From: Gemmatimonadota bacterium
GTDB taxonomy: Bacteria > JBHIER01 > G020348925
Reading direction: 5' to 3'
Length of the DNA: 64,000 bases
Assembly: GCA_020348925.1 (NCBI GenBank)
Contig: CP070758.1
Span: forward strand, 2,681,688 to 2,745,687
Part shown: positions 1 to 9,819 of the stretch, in pieces
Layout: each line of letters opens with the position of its first letter
How positions within the stretch are numbered: the first letter of the stretch is position 1
The notes under the pieces: generated by a model
Seen by the model: only the letters and a program-made list of their open reading frames with translations
Told to the model about the DNA's origin: nothing
The model's database searches: none
Position numbers and translations under genes: made by a program

Positions 1-328
1 TTAACTCTTTGGCTACCTCTACGGTGGACTTGCAGTTGGCACCCAAAGCATTGATGATCTGGAAAATGTGATATGCTTTCATTCCAAGTTGTCGACCAAT
101 TGCTCGATAACTGGCCTCACTGTCATAATAGAGTTCACAGGCTTTGATCTGGAGAGAAAAATTGACGGGTTTGATTTTTGTGGGAGTAAATGATTTGTTA
201 CAGTCCTTACAGAGCCAACGTCGGTACGTTCGGATCCTCTTCCCGGATGAAGTCCTTACCTTTCTCTTGCGCCGATCGTGTAGCTTCGCTCGTTTGCCAC
301 TGCAAAACGCACACGGTTTTCTTCGCAT
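1..328 (-). CDS. Probable transposase N-terminus (Zn-ribbon + HTH), runs off window start
   Basis: Not in the ORF track (no stop inside the window). GGAGG RBS then ATG at 328. Manual translation: MRRKPCAFCSGK...YRRWLCKDCNKSFTP...ACELYYDSEASYRAIGRQLG; CxxC...CxxC plus an HTH-like segment, as in IS1/IS6/ISH6-like transposases. Confidence 0.65.
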   Translation of the reverse strand, partial: MRRKPCAFCSGKRAKLHDRRKRKVRTSSGKRIRTYRRWLCKDCNKSFTPTKIKPVNFSLQIKACELYYDSEASYRAIGRQLGMKAYHIFQIINALGANCKSTVEVAKEL

Positions 329-412
329 AATAGACCTCCTTAGCGCGTTCAACGCACTAAAACTAGAAGATCTATTACGCAATCCCTCTCACAACAAAAT
401 GTTACATGTATC
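1..412 (-). mobile_element. Left part of an insertion sequence; candidate terminal repeat GATACATGTAACATTTTGTTGTGAG starting at 412
   Basis: The end sequence has the G.T...TGTAA....TGT layout of IS256-like termini and lies 84 bp upstream of the transposase-like ORF. The other end is outside the window. Confidence 0.45.
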
Positions 413-465
413 TATCCATCAAAAAAACACCCAATTCTGGATACGCTCTCCAAAATTTATAGAAA

Positions 466-2148
466 TCAAGGCACACACTCTCCTGTGCCCAGGAGTACGT
501 TCACGATACCTAAAGCATCTATAATGTTTACCTGAGCGTCTCCATTGCAATCTGCCCATGGGAGAGCGTCTCCTGGTAATGGATCGATTCCCAAAATATG
601 GTTGACCACTGCCAGTACATCCAGGATGTTGATCTCACCGTCGAAATTTACATCCCCATTCATGCCGGTATATTCTTCAAAGGTCAGGCAATATTCTTTT
701 GTTTCGATAGCTCCCAGATCGTCTTGCACTTGAATGGTAAAACAGAATGTACCAAATTCCTGCGGTTTTCCTGAAATAGAACCCATGACCGTATCATGAG
801 TCAATCCCAATGGCAGCTCACCCTCAACAAGGGTCCACGAATAAGGGAGGACTCCCCCTGATGCTATCAGGTATTCTTCGTAGTAAAATTTTTCAGAACC
901 ATCCGGTAGTTGTTCAGTCGTGATACCTAGAGGACCGCACCCGCTGATCTTGAAAGTTCTTTCACACACGCCACAGTTTTCAATGTTTTCGGGATCACAG
1001 ATTCTGACAAGGCAATCGATGGAAGGTGTATCGGGAATGGTCCAGGGATATGAACCATCATCAGGAGTACTCTCGGTGACCGGTTCCCAGTCGGTTCCAC
1101 CATTGGTCGAATACTCGATGATCACATTTCCGCTGGTAAAGCATGAGCTCCATGTGATCTCATGGTCTTCTACCGCACACCAGCTCTCCCCACCGTTCGG
1201 TGAAGCAATATCGACATAAGCATTCCCCAGAACGGTCAGACCTGAATCTCTATCGGCAACATATATATAACATCCATATAAAGCTACCCCCCAGGCTTGG
1301 CCCGGTGTATCGTAGGTCTCGATCAACGTTGGCGAAGCCGGATCAGAGATGTCGATGATCTGAATGCCGATCTGATCGCGAGCCATACAGGCAAAATCAC
1401 CGACCACGGCTACAGTAAAGTTATTTTGCCAATCCTCATAGTACCCGCCAAGAGTCGGCGAAGTCGGATCGCTGATGTCGATGATATAAAGCCCTGAGTA
1501 ATCGGCCACATAGGCGTAGTTTCCAACCACCTCTACATCGTTGGCCGCGTGGGTCTCGAAGCTTCCGGCCGGGGTTGGCGAAGCTGGATCGATAATATCG
1601 ATGATCTGTAGGCCCCCTTCCCAGTCCGCTACGTATGCGTAATTTCCAACCACGTCCAAACCCTGTGCCGCGTCCTGGGTATACATACCGCCCATCAGGG
1701 TTGGGGAAGTCGGGTTTGAAATATCGATGATCATCAGTCCAGCATTCTGAGCTCCCACATATGCATACTCACCGACCACATCCACACCATTGGCATTGTC
1801 CGGTGTAACGTAGCTTCCAGTCAACGTTGGCGTGGTCGGGTCCGAGATGTCGATGATCTTGAAACCATTATTCCCGGCAGCGCAATATGCATAGGATCCA
1901 ACAATGGTAACATCATAGATGTAATCCCCAGTATAGGACCCGGTCAGCGATGGAGAGCCGGGATCGGAGATATCGATGACAGAAAAACTATATGCGCCTA
2001 CATAAGCGTATGCTCCATCTGCGTAAACACACCGGGCACCGGGTGTGACATAGCTGCCGACAAAGGAAACCTGAGCCGCCGCGCCCTGAAATCCAACAAG
2101 TACCAATAGACACACTTGAATAAATAAAAATAAATTTGTTCGTCTCAT
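466..2148 (-). CDS. Secreted LVIVD-repeat beta-propeller + 'SPNGGE' Ig-like domain + putative Ig (He_PIG-like) + C-terminal dockerin
   Basis: Start reassigned to MRRTNLFLF (GAGG RBS, signal peptide). About 7 'YAYVA..GL.IIDISDP.SP' repeats, 'GGVLPYSWTLVEGELP.GL', and duplicated GDVNFDGEINILD / ADCNGDAQVNIID loops. Confidence 0.85.
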   Translation of the reverse strand: MRRTNLFLFIQVCLLVLVGFQGAAAQVSFVGSYVTPGARCVYADGAYAYVGAYSFSVIDISDPGSPSLTGSYTGDYIYDVTIVGSYAYCAAGNNGFKIIDISDPTTPTLTGSYVTPDNANGVDVVGEYAYVGAQNAGLMIIDISNPTSPTLMGGMYTQDAAQGLDVVGNYAYVADWEGGLQIIDIIDPASPTPAGSFETHAANDVEVVGNYAYVADYSGLYIIDISDPTSPTLGGYYEDWQNNFTVAVVGDFACMARDQIGIQIIDISDPASPTLIETYDTPGQAWGVALYGCYIYVADRDSGLTVLGNAYVDIASPNGGESWCAVEDHEITWSSCFTSGNVIIEYSTNGGTDWEPVTESTPDDGSYPWTIPDTPSIDCLVRICDPENIENCGVCERTFKISGCGPLGITTEQLPDGSEKFYYEEYLIASGGVLPYSWTLVEGELPLGLTHDTVMGSISGKPQEFGTFCFTIQVQDDLGAIETKEYCLTFEEYTGMNGDVNFDGEINILDVLAVVNHILGIDPLPGDALPWADCNGDAQVNIIDALGIVNVLLGTGECVP

Positions 2149-2185
2149 TTTGATGTCCTCCTTCTTAATTCGAAAGAAGCTGGAA

Positions 2186-3883
2186 TCAAGGCGCACACTC
2201 TCCAATATCCAGGAGCACATTGACAATACCAAGGGTATCGATAATGTTGACCTGATCGTCTCCACTGCAATCGGCCCACCCAAGCGCATCTCCTGTTAAC
2301 ACTTCAATTCCCAAAACATGGTTGACTGTTGCCAAGACATCCAGGATGTTGATCTCACCGTCGAAATTTATATCTCCGGTCATGCCAGTATATTCTCCAA
2401 TGGTTATGCAATACTCCCGTGTGTCCGTGGCTCCCAGATCTTCCTGTAATTCTATGGTAAAACAGAATGTGCCAAATTCCTGAGGCTTTCCTGAGATGGA
2501 ACCCATGACCGTATCAAGATTCAAACCCGATGGCAGCTCACCTTCAACAAGGGTCCATGAATAAGGGAGGACTCCCCCTGTTGCTACAAGATACTCTTCG
2601 TAGTGAATCTTCTCAGTACCATCCGGAAGGGTTTCAGTCATGATACCCAGAGGACCGCATCCGCTGATCTTGAAAGCGCTTTCACACTCCTCGCAGATTT
2701 CCGTATCCTGAGGGTCACAGATCCTGACCAAACAATCGATGGACGGTGTATCGGGAATGGTCCAGGAATAGGAACCATCATTCGGGGTACTCGCGGTGAC
2801 CGGTTCCCAATCAGTTCCACCATTGGTCGAATACTCGATCATCACATAGAAGCTGGAACTGCACGAACCCCAGGTGATCTCGTGGCTCTCTCCCGCGCAC
2901 CAGCTCTCTCCGCCGACTGGTGAGTCGACAGGGAAGCTCGGAAAATCCCCGATTTCCAGAACAGTCAAGCCTTCATCATAATCGGCTATGTATATATATG
3001 ATCCATGAACAGCGACATCACCGGCTTCGCCGGGCGTAATGTAGTTTTCAACCAATGTTGGCGAAGTCGGGTCGGAAATATCGATGATCTGAAGGCCGTT
3101 TTGGTCCCTGGCCTGATAGGCATAGTCTCCGGCCACGGTTACACCACCGTTATTTCCCGAATCAACAAACTCTCCGGCAAGCGTCGGCGAAGTCGGGTCG
3201 GTGATATCGATGACGAAGAGTCCTGAGTGGTCAGCCACATAGGCGTAATTGCCTGCCACATCCACATCCTGGGCGACGTTGTACGCAGCGATGCTTCCGG
3301 TCGGGGTCGGAGAAGCTGGATCGCTAATGTCGATGATCTGAAGACCTGATGGTCCGTCTGCCAGGTACGCGTAATCTCCTACTACAGTCAGACCCCGGGC
3401 CGTTCCCGGGGTATCATAGCTGCCCGTCAGGGTCGGGGACGTTGGATTTGAGATATCGATGACCAGAAAGCCATCTTCATGTGCTCCCACGTATGCATAC
3501 TCTCCGACCACATCCACACCCATGGCTGGGCCCGGCGTGGCGTAGTTTCCTGTCAGTGTCGGCGAACCTGGATCAGATATGTCTATGATATTGAAACCAC
3601 AATTGAGGCAGGCCACATAAACATAGGATCCGTTCACGGTAACATCCAGTGTCGGACCCCCACTCATGGACCCGGTCGGCGATGGAGAGCTGGGATCGGT
3701 GACATCAATGATTTGAAGCCCCATGACACCCACATAGGCGTATATTCCATCGGCGTCAATACAATAGGTATAGCCGGGTGTGGCATAGTTGCTGACAAAG
3801 CAAACCTGAGCTACGGTACCATGATATCCGACAAGCACTGTCAGCAATGCTGTCACACATACTAAGTGTTTTGTTCGCATCAT
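2186..3883 (-). CDS. Paralog of 466..2148: LVIVD repeats + SPNGGE-type domain + putative Ig + dockerin
   Basis: GGAGGAG RBS, signal peptide, same domain order and long identical peptide stretches (e.g. IEYSTNGGTDWEPVT, GSISGKPQEFGTFCFTI). Confidence 0.88.
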   Translation of the reverse strand: MMRTKHLVCVTALLTVLVGYHGTVAQVCFVSNYATPGYTYCIDADGIYAYVGVMGLQIIDVTDPSSPSPTGSMSGGPTLDVTVNGSYVYVACLNCGFNIIDISDPGSPTLTGNYATPGPAMGVDVVGEYAYVGAHEDGFLVIDISNPTSPTLTGSYDTPGTARGLTVVGDYAYLADGPSGLQIIDISDPASPTPTGSIAAYNVAQDVDVAGNYAYVADHSGLFVIDITDPTSPTLAGEFVDSGNNGGVTVAGDYAYQARDQNGLQIIDISDPTSPTLVENYITPGEAGDVAVHGSYIYIADYDEGLTVLEIGDFPSFPVDSPVGGESWCAGESHEITWGSCSSSFYVMIEYSTNGGTDWEPVTASTPNDGSYSWTIPDTPSIDCLVRICDPQDTEICEECESAFKISGCGPLGIMTETLPDGTEKIHYEEYLVATGGVLPYSWTLVEGELPSGLNLDTVMGSISGKPQEFGTFCFTIELQEDLGATDTREYCITIGEYTGMTGDINFDGEINILDVLATVNHVLGIEVLTGDALGWADCSGDDQVNIIDTLGIVNVLLDIGECAP

Positions 3884-4191
3884 CTGCTCCTCCCATTTTC
3901 ATTTTTCAATAGTTAGGATGAAGATTTTCCAAAAACATGCAGTATCTTATGAATATTCAACGTATTGTTTTCTTACACTATCAGATGTATAGGTACTGAA
4001 AGTTACGTGTTTAACTAAATTCGATAAACAAATCAGTGGTCGACGAATCCGATTAGCATCACCTCCTTATTGAATGAAAAATCCTTGACATTGAAAAGCT
4101 GAAAATACATTTTGCTACTACACCAAGCAAGGAATTTTTGGAGTTAATTAATTGTATCAATATTTTGACATCTTCAAATTTTATTTCTAAT

Positions 4192-4525
4192 CAGTAGTGT
4201 CCGGTTATTAGTTACATAATTCCAATGGCTTACGAGTAAGGTCACAAGGGGTTTTGTAGTAGCTTTCCGTAACCGAATAAAAATCATACTCTTTGTTGAA
4301 TAAGGGTAATTGTAAAAAATGTAGAATAGTGTAGAAAAAAATCTTGAAACAAGTAGTTCCTTTCCGAATAAGAAAGAAAATACATGCAGTATACGTGTTC
4401 TAAAGCCCGAAAAGAATGGTAACGCATTATAATGATTTCAAATCGAGAAATGACACTTTTTTTCATAACTAACTATGCGAATAGAGATTATACATACTCA
4501 TTTTTTCATCAACCGGACATTACTG
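4192..4525. mobile_element. 334-bp MITE (non-autonomous IS derivative)
   Basis: TIRs CAGTAGTGTCCGGTT (4192-4206) and AACCGGACATTACTG (4511-4525) match 14/15. An exact 9-bp duplication ATTTCTAAT sits at 4183-4191 and 4526-4534. The interior is AT-rich with no credible ORF. Confidence 0.85.
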
Positions 4526-4802
4526 ATTTCTAATATTTTTTAAAAATAAATCCTTCTCCCTTATTAAAAAGCAGAATTTTTGTTGTTGAAAAAAATAATT
4601 GTGAATTGAAAATTGAGAATTTATTTTGTATACACCTGCGCCCAGAGTCAAACATCTCGGAAATTCTTTGAATTTCGAGATGTTCTCAGGGGGTTTGGGG
4701 GAAAGGATGAACTTTCCCACAAGGGGTAACCACCATGCACCATATGATACATGGCGCCATAGGGGCGAGAGCCCTTTGGAACTTTGCTTGAGAAGCAAGT
4801 AA

Positions 4803-4836
4803 AGTTAGATGGTTAGAGCGCCGGACTTCGAGTCCG
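4803..4836 (+). pseudogene. Degenerate tRNA-Arg(UCG) fragment (D-arm to anticodon arm)
   Basis: TAGAGCGCCGGACTTCGAGTCCG matches the intact tRNA at 6692-6765 at 22/23 nt, in the opposite orientation. No acceptor stem or T-arm. Confidence 0.55.
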
Positions 4837-5236
4837 TTTTGGGCGACTTTTTATATCCCCATCTTCCTCCCTTTATCCTTAAATTCAGCCGATTTATAAG
4901 CAGTTTCATCAAGAGTTTTCGACAACGATGAATTGACACTTTTTGTTCCTTGACAATGTATTGGGAGAGATATAATTTAGTGATATTCCAGGAGAAAAAA
5001 TGGAGGAATCGTATCAAAATGTTTCGTCTACTCTTCAAATGTCCTGTTTGGTTTGAGGGTTTGTGCAGAATAAGACATGCCCACGAGATTGTGAGGGTCG
5101 TTACAATCTGACAAAGATCCTGACTAATCCAAGAGAAGGTAGACAAATGCGAGCCTTGATTTCTGCGATTCCTGAGAGAAATCGCAACTCTTCTATCAAA
5201 ACTAAAAGTGCATGTTCTCTTTGATATTCTGCATTT

Positions 5237-6593
5237 GGTAGTGTAAATTAATGTTCGCAATTTTCGTTCTTTGAAAAGGGCGAAGGTCATCGTAAACTCC
5301 AATAGTTTCTCACAAACTATGAAAGGAGGATAGCGATGACCTTGCCGAAGCAAGTTAAGCATTTTTTCAACCAAAAGGTAGTAGAATTTCTCCTGAGCGA
5401 GGATCCCATTTTTGAGATGCTTTCCTGGTTGTTGACAGAGTTCATGAGAGCCGAATCGGAAGCGAAAGTGGGTGCTGAGAAGAACCAGCACAGTTCCAAG
5501 AGAAAAACCTATTTCAGCGGATACCGTCCCAGACGCTTCGATACTCGTCTGGGGACCATTTACCTGTTAGTACCAAAACTGAGAAAAGGAGGCTACATCC
5601 CCTTCTTTGTTCAAGAGAAAAAGCGTTCTGAAACGGCTCTGATCAGTCTGATCCAGGAGGCCTATGTCAACGGTGTCTCGACTCGTAAAGTGGAACGGTT
5701 GGCAAAGAGTCTCGGTATCGAGGGACTCTCAGCAGGCCAGGTCTCAGAGATTACCAAAGGACTCGATCAGGAGATCTCCAGGTGGCGGACACGAGCCCTT
5801 GATGCGACCTATCCGGTTCTGTGGGTCGATGCCTTGTATGAGAGAATCCGCCAGGATGGCCGGATCATTAACTCAGCGGTGCTGATCGTCCAGGGCTTGT
5901 CCATGGAGGGTCACAGAGAGGTCCTGGCCGTTGAACCATGGATCGAAGAATCGGAAGCCAGCTGGACGAGCGTCTTTGACAACCTGAAGGCGAGAGGTCT
6001 CAAGCAGGTCTGGCTGGTCGTCTCAGATGCTCATAAAGGGATCCAGAAGGCTCTCAAAAAGAAGTTCCTGGGCAGTCAATGGCAACGGTGCAAGGTCCAC
6101 TTCATGCGAAATATCCTGGCTCATGTCACCCGTCCCGAGAAGAAACGCTTTGCAGAGAAGCTCAAACAGATCTGGCTTCAACCGGAGCTGGAGAGTGCTC
6201 AGCAGTATGCTCAAATGTTGGTCGAAGAGTATGAAGACCGATTCCCCGAAGCCATCGAATGTCTCCTGGAAGGCCTGGAGGATAGTCTGCAGTTCTATCA
6301 CTTCCCGGCTTTCGACAAACGGAAGATCAGCTCGACCAACATCCAGGAACGGCTCAACAAGGAGATCCGTCGCCGCACCAACGTTGTGGGTATCTTTCCC
6401 AGCAGAAATGCGTACATAAGGCTGGTCACGACCTACATCCTGGAATACACTGAGGATTGGGTGACAGACAGAGCTTACGTCTCGACAGATCACATCATTG
6501 AGATGGAGATAGTTTTCAAAGAACGGTTACAAAAGGCTGCAGCCTAAAAATGGAGTTTTCGATGAAAAATTGCGAACAACTCTTGACATGACC
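5237..6593 (+). mobile_element. IS256-family insertion sequence
   Basis: Imperfect 28-bp TIRs GGTAGTGTAAATTAATGTTCGCAATTTT and (rc) GGTCATGTCAAGAGTTGTTCGCAATTTT flank the transposase. No target duplication seen. Confidence 0.85.
5336..6547 (+). CDS. IS256-family (mutator-type) DDE transposase
   Basis: Motifs GYRPRRFDTRLGTI.L.VPKLR, EAYVNGVSTRKV, LWVDA, VVSDAHKG, WQRCKVHFMRN, STNIQERLNKEIRRRT; AAGGAGG RBS. Confidence 0.96.
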   Translation: MTLPKQVKHFFNQKVVEFLLSEDPIFEMLSWLLTEFMRAESEAKVGAEKNQHSSKRKTYFSGYRPRRFDTRLGTIYLLVPKLRKGGYIPFFVQEKKRSETALISLIQEAYVNGVSTRKVERLAKSLGIEGLSAGQVSEITKGLDQEISRWRTRALDATYPVLWVDALYERIRQDGRIINSAVLIVQGLSMEGHREVLAVEPWIEESEASWTSVFDNLKARGLKQVWLVVSDAHKGIQKALKKKFLGSQWQRCKVHFMRNILAHVTRPEKKRFAEKLKQIWLQPELESAQQYAQMLVEEYEDRFPEAIECLLEGLEDSLQFYHFPAFDKRKISSTNIQERLNKEIRRRTNVVGIFPSRNAYIRLVTTYILEYTEDWVTDRAYVSTDHIIEMEIVFKERLQKAAA

Positions 6594-6691
6594 CTATTTC
6601 TATATATTCATGTTGAAGTGATATCGGGTTAGGAATTTGTTTCTGCTGAAGTTTTATAACTTTAATAAAATCATAAATTAAATAAAAATAG

Positions 6692-6765
<74 letters not shown>

Positions 6766-7448
6766 ACGTAATAAGAAAATACATTATAAACATGTGATTG
6801 ACAACGATTATTTCATTTCTTTGTGAAGCGTCCCTCATAGATGTAACATTTTCATAGGTGAACATGCTTAATTTGGTCCGACCCGAATAAGACTTTCGCA
6901 TGTATTAAATTATATCATGTTCCTGTTGAAACTTGACAGCCTGTGAGTACTTCAAATGAAACTTGATGATCACACCAAAAGACTCTATATTTGGATATAG
7001 ATTGACTTGGATGTTCACCCATGAAATTACACAGGAGGTGGTGTGAACAATAAAATCGTCAAATATATTTCTCTTCCACAGGTAATTCCCTCTTCCATTA
7101 GTACATCCGCTTGGTTCGTAATTTCCCGTGCTGGTTCTTATATATCAACCTGCGTAGTTGGTCATATCCCGGTTCTGATTTCTTAGAAGGTCGTTATATA
7201 AGGCATGCAAAGGTTGTTCTGTCAGAGGTCTTTGCTTGCGTCCCAGTTTATCTCTGAACAGCTTCATGTGTTGACAAGAGGAAGCTGCTTTTCTGTATAC
7301 ATGTGAAGTAGTTTGATGTCATATGATTGGGAGGAATCTCTCTCATTTTAAAAGTAGCCAATTTGAGAGTTTAGAGGTAGCAGGTTTGTGGAAAGCAATG
7401 TGTGGTGGACAACTCATTACTTTTAACCTTTTCAAGGAGGGAGAACTA

Positions 7449-9056
7449 ATGGCTAAGCGAATGTTAGTCATTGCCGCAGCGATCACACTCAGTTTTGTGA
7501 TCGCCAGTTTTAGAGGCTCTGGTGAGGGGACGGAGGTCGATGTCCGGAACCCGAAGCTTGATGTGTCTCCGACCGCCATTCCGGGGATGATAAATTACCA
7601 GGGTGTTTTGACGGATGCGAACGGGGATCCTGTGGCTGATGGTGCTTACGATATTACATTCAGGTTCTATAACGCAGCTACGAGTGGAGATCTGCTTTGG
7701 GAAGAAACCGAAAGTGTCAACACGTACGGTGGACTGTTTAATGTACTACTACCGATACCACATGATACATTTGACGGATCGGACCGCTGGTTAGGATTGG
7801 AGGTGGGTGAGGATGGGGAGATGGTACCCAGGCAGCAGATTGCCAGTGTGCCCTATGCCTATAAGACGGACGGCATTTATTCTGATGCTGAGGGCAACAT
7901 TGGTATCGGGACGACGAGTCCGAGGACGAAGCTTGAAGTGAATGGGACGGTATCTGCGAACGCGTTCTCCAGCACCAGTCCACTTATACTTGAGGCACCA
8001 GAAGGCACTGAGCGGATGCGCATAGATGATATCACGGGCAATGTCGGTATCGGAACAACAAATCCGAATCTTGACTTGTCTGTCGGTACATCGGGTGACA
8101 ATCGCTTTGGCCTCCAAAAAGGCGATGGTATGCTGGAGGCAGGATATTTGAGATTTGGAGACAATACTGGTTGGAGATTTCACATTGGTCGTGCGAGCGA
8201 ATCCTCTGGAGGTGAAATCAATACAGATCTAACGGGTGCGCTGGTGACTGTGCAAGACAACGGCAATGTCGGCATCGGGACGACCAGCCCGTCATCCAAC
8301 CTTCATGTTCGACGTTATGCAGACGGGTTCGAATCGGCGGCGGCGAGGATCGGGCTTCAGTGGTATCTGCCAGCACTCCCAGCGTCTATTAATAACTGGT
8401 TCTCCATTGAGGTTGGAGGCCAAGGGATAGGAGGATTGGGTAACAATCCGACACTGATTCGCGAATCGGGTTCGATGCTGTATTTTCAGACAGAAGACGC
8501 AATGAATTCCAATCCTTCCTCACGTTCTACGCAAATGGTCCTGGACGGTAACGGCAACATCGGTATCGGGACGACGAATCCGTTAGAAAAGCTTGATGTC
8601 AGAGGAACAACTCGGACCGATGTGCTCGAAATCACCGGTGGAAGTGACATTGCAGAACCATTTGACTTTGAAAATCCGGATTCGATTAAGCCGGGTATGG
8701 TTGTCGTAATTGATCCTGGAACTCCCGGGAAACTGAAGATTTCCGATAGGGCATATGATCGATGCGTTGCCGGTATAGTGAGTGGAGCAGGTGGAATAAA
8801 ACCAGGTTTGATGATTACTCAAGAGGATGCCTTTGAAGGTGACCATCAGGTGGCACTCACCGGTCGCGTCAATTGTTGGGCCGATGCGTCATATGGACCT
8901 ATCCAGCCTGGCGACCTGCTGACTACCTCAGACACCCCTGGACACGCCATGAAGGTCATGGACTATCCAAAATCCCATGGCGCTGTCCTTGGCAAGGCGA
9001 TGTCCTCACTGGATCAGAGTCAGGGACTTGTGCTGGTACTGGTAACTCTTCAGTAG
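7449..9056 (+). CDS. Secreted tail-fibre-like protein (INYQG N-domain, GNVGIGTT repeats, intramolecular-chaperone-like C-domain)
   Basis: Start reassigned to MAKRML (AAGGAGG RBS, signal peptide). 'INYQGVLTD...LWEET...RWLGLEV...PRQQIASVPYA', four G(N/I)VGIGTT.P-type repeats, 'GGSDIAE', 'GDLLTTS..PGHAMK...GAVLGKAM'. Confidence 0.8.
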   Translation: MAKRMLVIAAAITLSFVIASFRGSGEGTEVDVRNPKLDVSPTAIPGMINYQGVLTDANGDPVADGAYDITFRFYNAATSGDLLWEETESVNTYGGLFNVLLPIPHDTFDGSDRWLGLEVGEDGEMVPRQQIASVPYAYKTDGIYSDAEGNIGIGTTSPRTKLEVNGTVSANAFSSTSPLILEAPEGTERMRIDDITGNVGIGTTNPNLDLSVGTSGDNRFGLQKGDGMLEAGYLRFGDNTGWRFHIGRASESSGGEINTDLTGALVTVQDNGNVGIGTTSPSSNLHVRRYADGFESAAARIGLQWYLPALPASINNWFSIEVGGQGIGGLGNNPTLIRESGSMLYFQTEDAMNSNPSSRSTQMVLDGNGNIGIGTTNPLEKLDVRGTTRTDVLEITGGSDIAEPFDFENPDSIKPGMVVVIDPGTPGKLKISDRAYDRCVAGIVSGAGGIKPGLMITQEDAFEGDHQVALTGRVNCWADASYGPIQPGDLLTTSDTPGHAMKVMDYPKSHGAVLGKAMSSLDQSQGLVLVLVTLQ

Positions 9057-9165
9057 ATATTTAATTTGGTAAAGAGAGTTCAGAATTAAATTATGAAAAG
9101 AAAATTGGATACTCTATTCCATGGGGCAGACAGTCGCCAAGTAGCCAAACACCACCCAGGGAGGT

Positions 9166-9654
9166 ATGATCATGGATAGTCAGAAAGAGATGAGACGGTA
9201 TGTAGGCATAGATCTGATTTTGCTATTAATGCTTCTGGTGGCAGCACCGGTTGGGCAAGCTCAAACAGCCAACAACAACTTTCAAATTCGATCCTCTTCA
9301 TTGAATAGCGGAGGAGGACAAATGGCTTCAGCCAACTTCGGAATACAGTATTCCATGGGTCAACCGATACCCACTGGCATAAGCCAGGGCGAAAACTTCG
9401 CCATGTTTGCCGGATTTCAGCCAACTTACTTAGAGGAGTTTGTCCTGCCAACTGCTGAGAGGGGTGACGTCAATGGTGACGGAGGAATTAATGTGCTGGA
9501 TGTACTGGCCGTGGTAAACGACATTCTGGGTACAGTTCCTCTGACTGGAGACGCTCCTATAAGGGCAGACTGTAATGGTGATGAGGAGATCAATGTACTG
9601 GATGCGTTGGGTATAGTGAACGTTATTCTTGGGATCGCAAGTTGTGTACCATGA
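9166..9654 (+). CDS. Small secreted protein: SSxxxGG...SxGQP...FAGF motif + dockerin (putative fibre adaptor)
   Basis: GGAGG RBS, hydrophobic signal, a ~55-aa motif shared with the N-terminus of 13466..16864, and a C-terminal dockerin GDVNGDGGINVLD...ADCNGDEEINVLD...SCVP. Confidence 0.82.
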   Translation: MIMDSQKEMRRYVGIDLILLLMLLVAAPVGQAQTANNNFQIRSSSLNSGGGQMASANFGIQYSMGQPIPTGISQGENFAMFAGFQPTYLEEFVLPTAERGDVNGDGGINVLDVLAVVNDILGTVPLTGDAPIRADCNGDEEINVLDALGIVNVILGIASCVP

Positions 9655-9819
9655 TTACTGTGATTCTTGGGGAAATCAAACAACCGTGTTCAAAATATCG
9701 AACCTTTTATAAGACAATAGAGAGAATGTTTTCTTCAACTCTTGTTTTTCTTTTTTCTGCAGATATAAACCACTGTCTACCAATTCACTGTTTCTTAAGG
9801 CAATACGAAGGAGGAAGTC

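Noticed and set aside
144-524. 126-aa plus-strand ORF
   Set aside because: Antisense to the transposase-like ORF, which has an RBS and motifs.
466-3883. DGR template/variable repeat pair between the paralogs
   Set aside because: Differences are not adenine-restricted, both copies are full genes, and no reverse transcriptase is seen.
4950-4976. TTGACA...TATAAT promoter
   Set aside because: The spacer is only 15 bp and no credible gene follows before IS256.
4805-5491. 228-aa minus-strand ORF
   Set aside because: Crosses the IS256 boundary antisense to the transposase and has no recognisable motifs.
6836-6852. 15/17 match to the candidate IS end at 396-412
   Set aside because: AT-rich, faces away from the other end and has no associated element; probably chance.
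7043-7186. 47-aa GTG-start ORF after GGAGG
   Set aside because: Short SD spacing, no motif and no supporting evidence.
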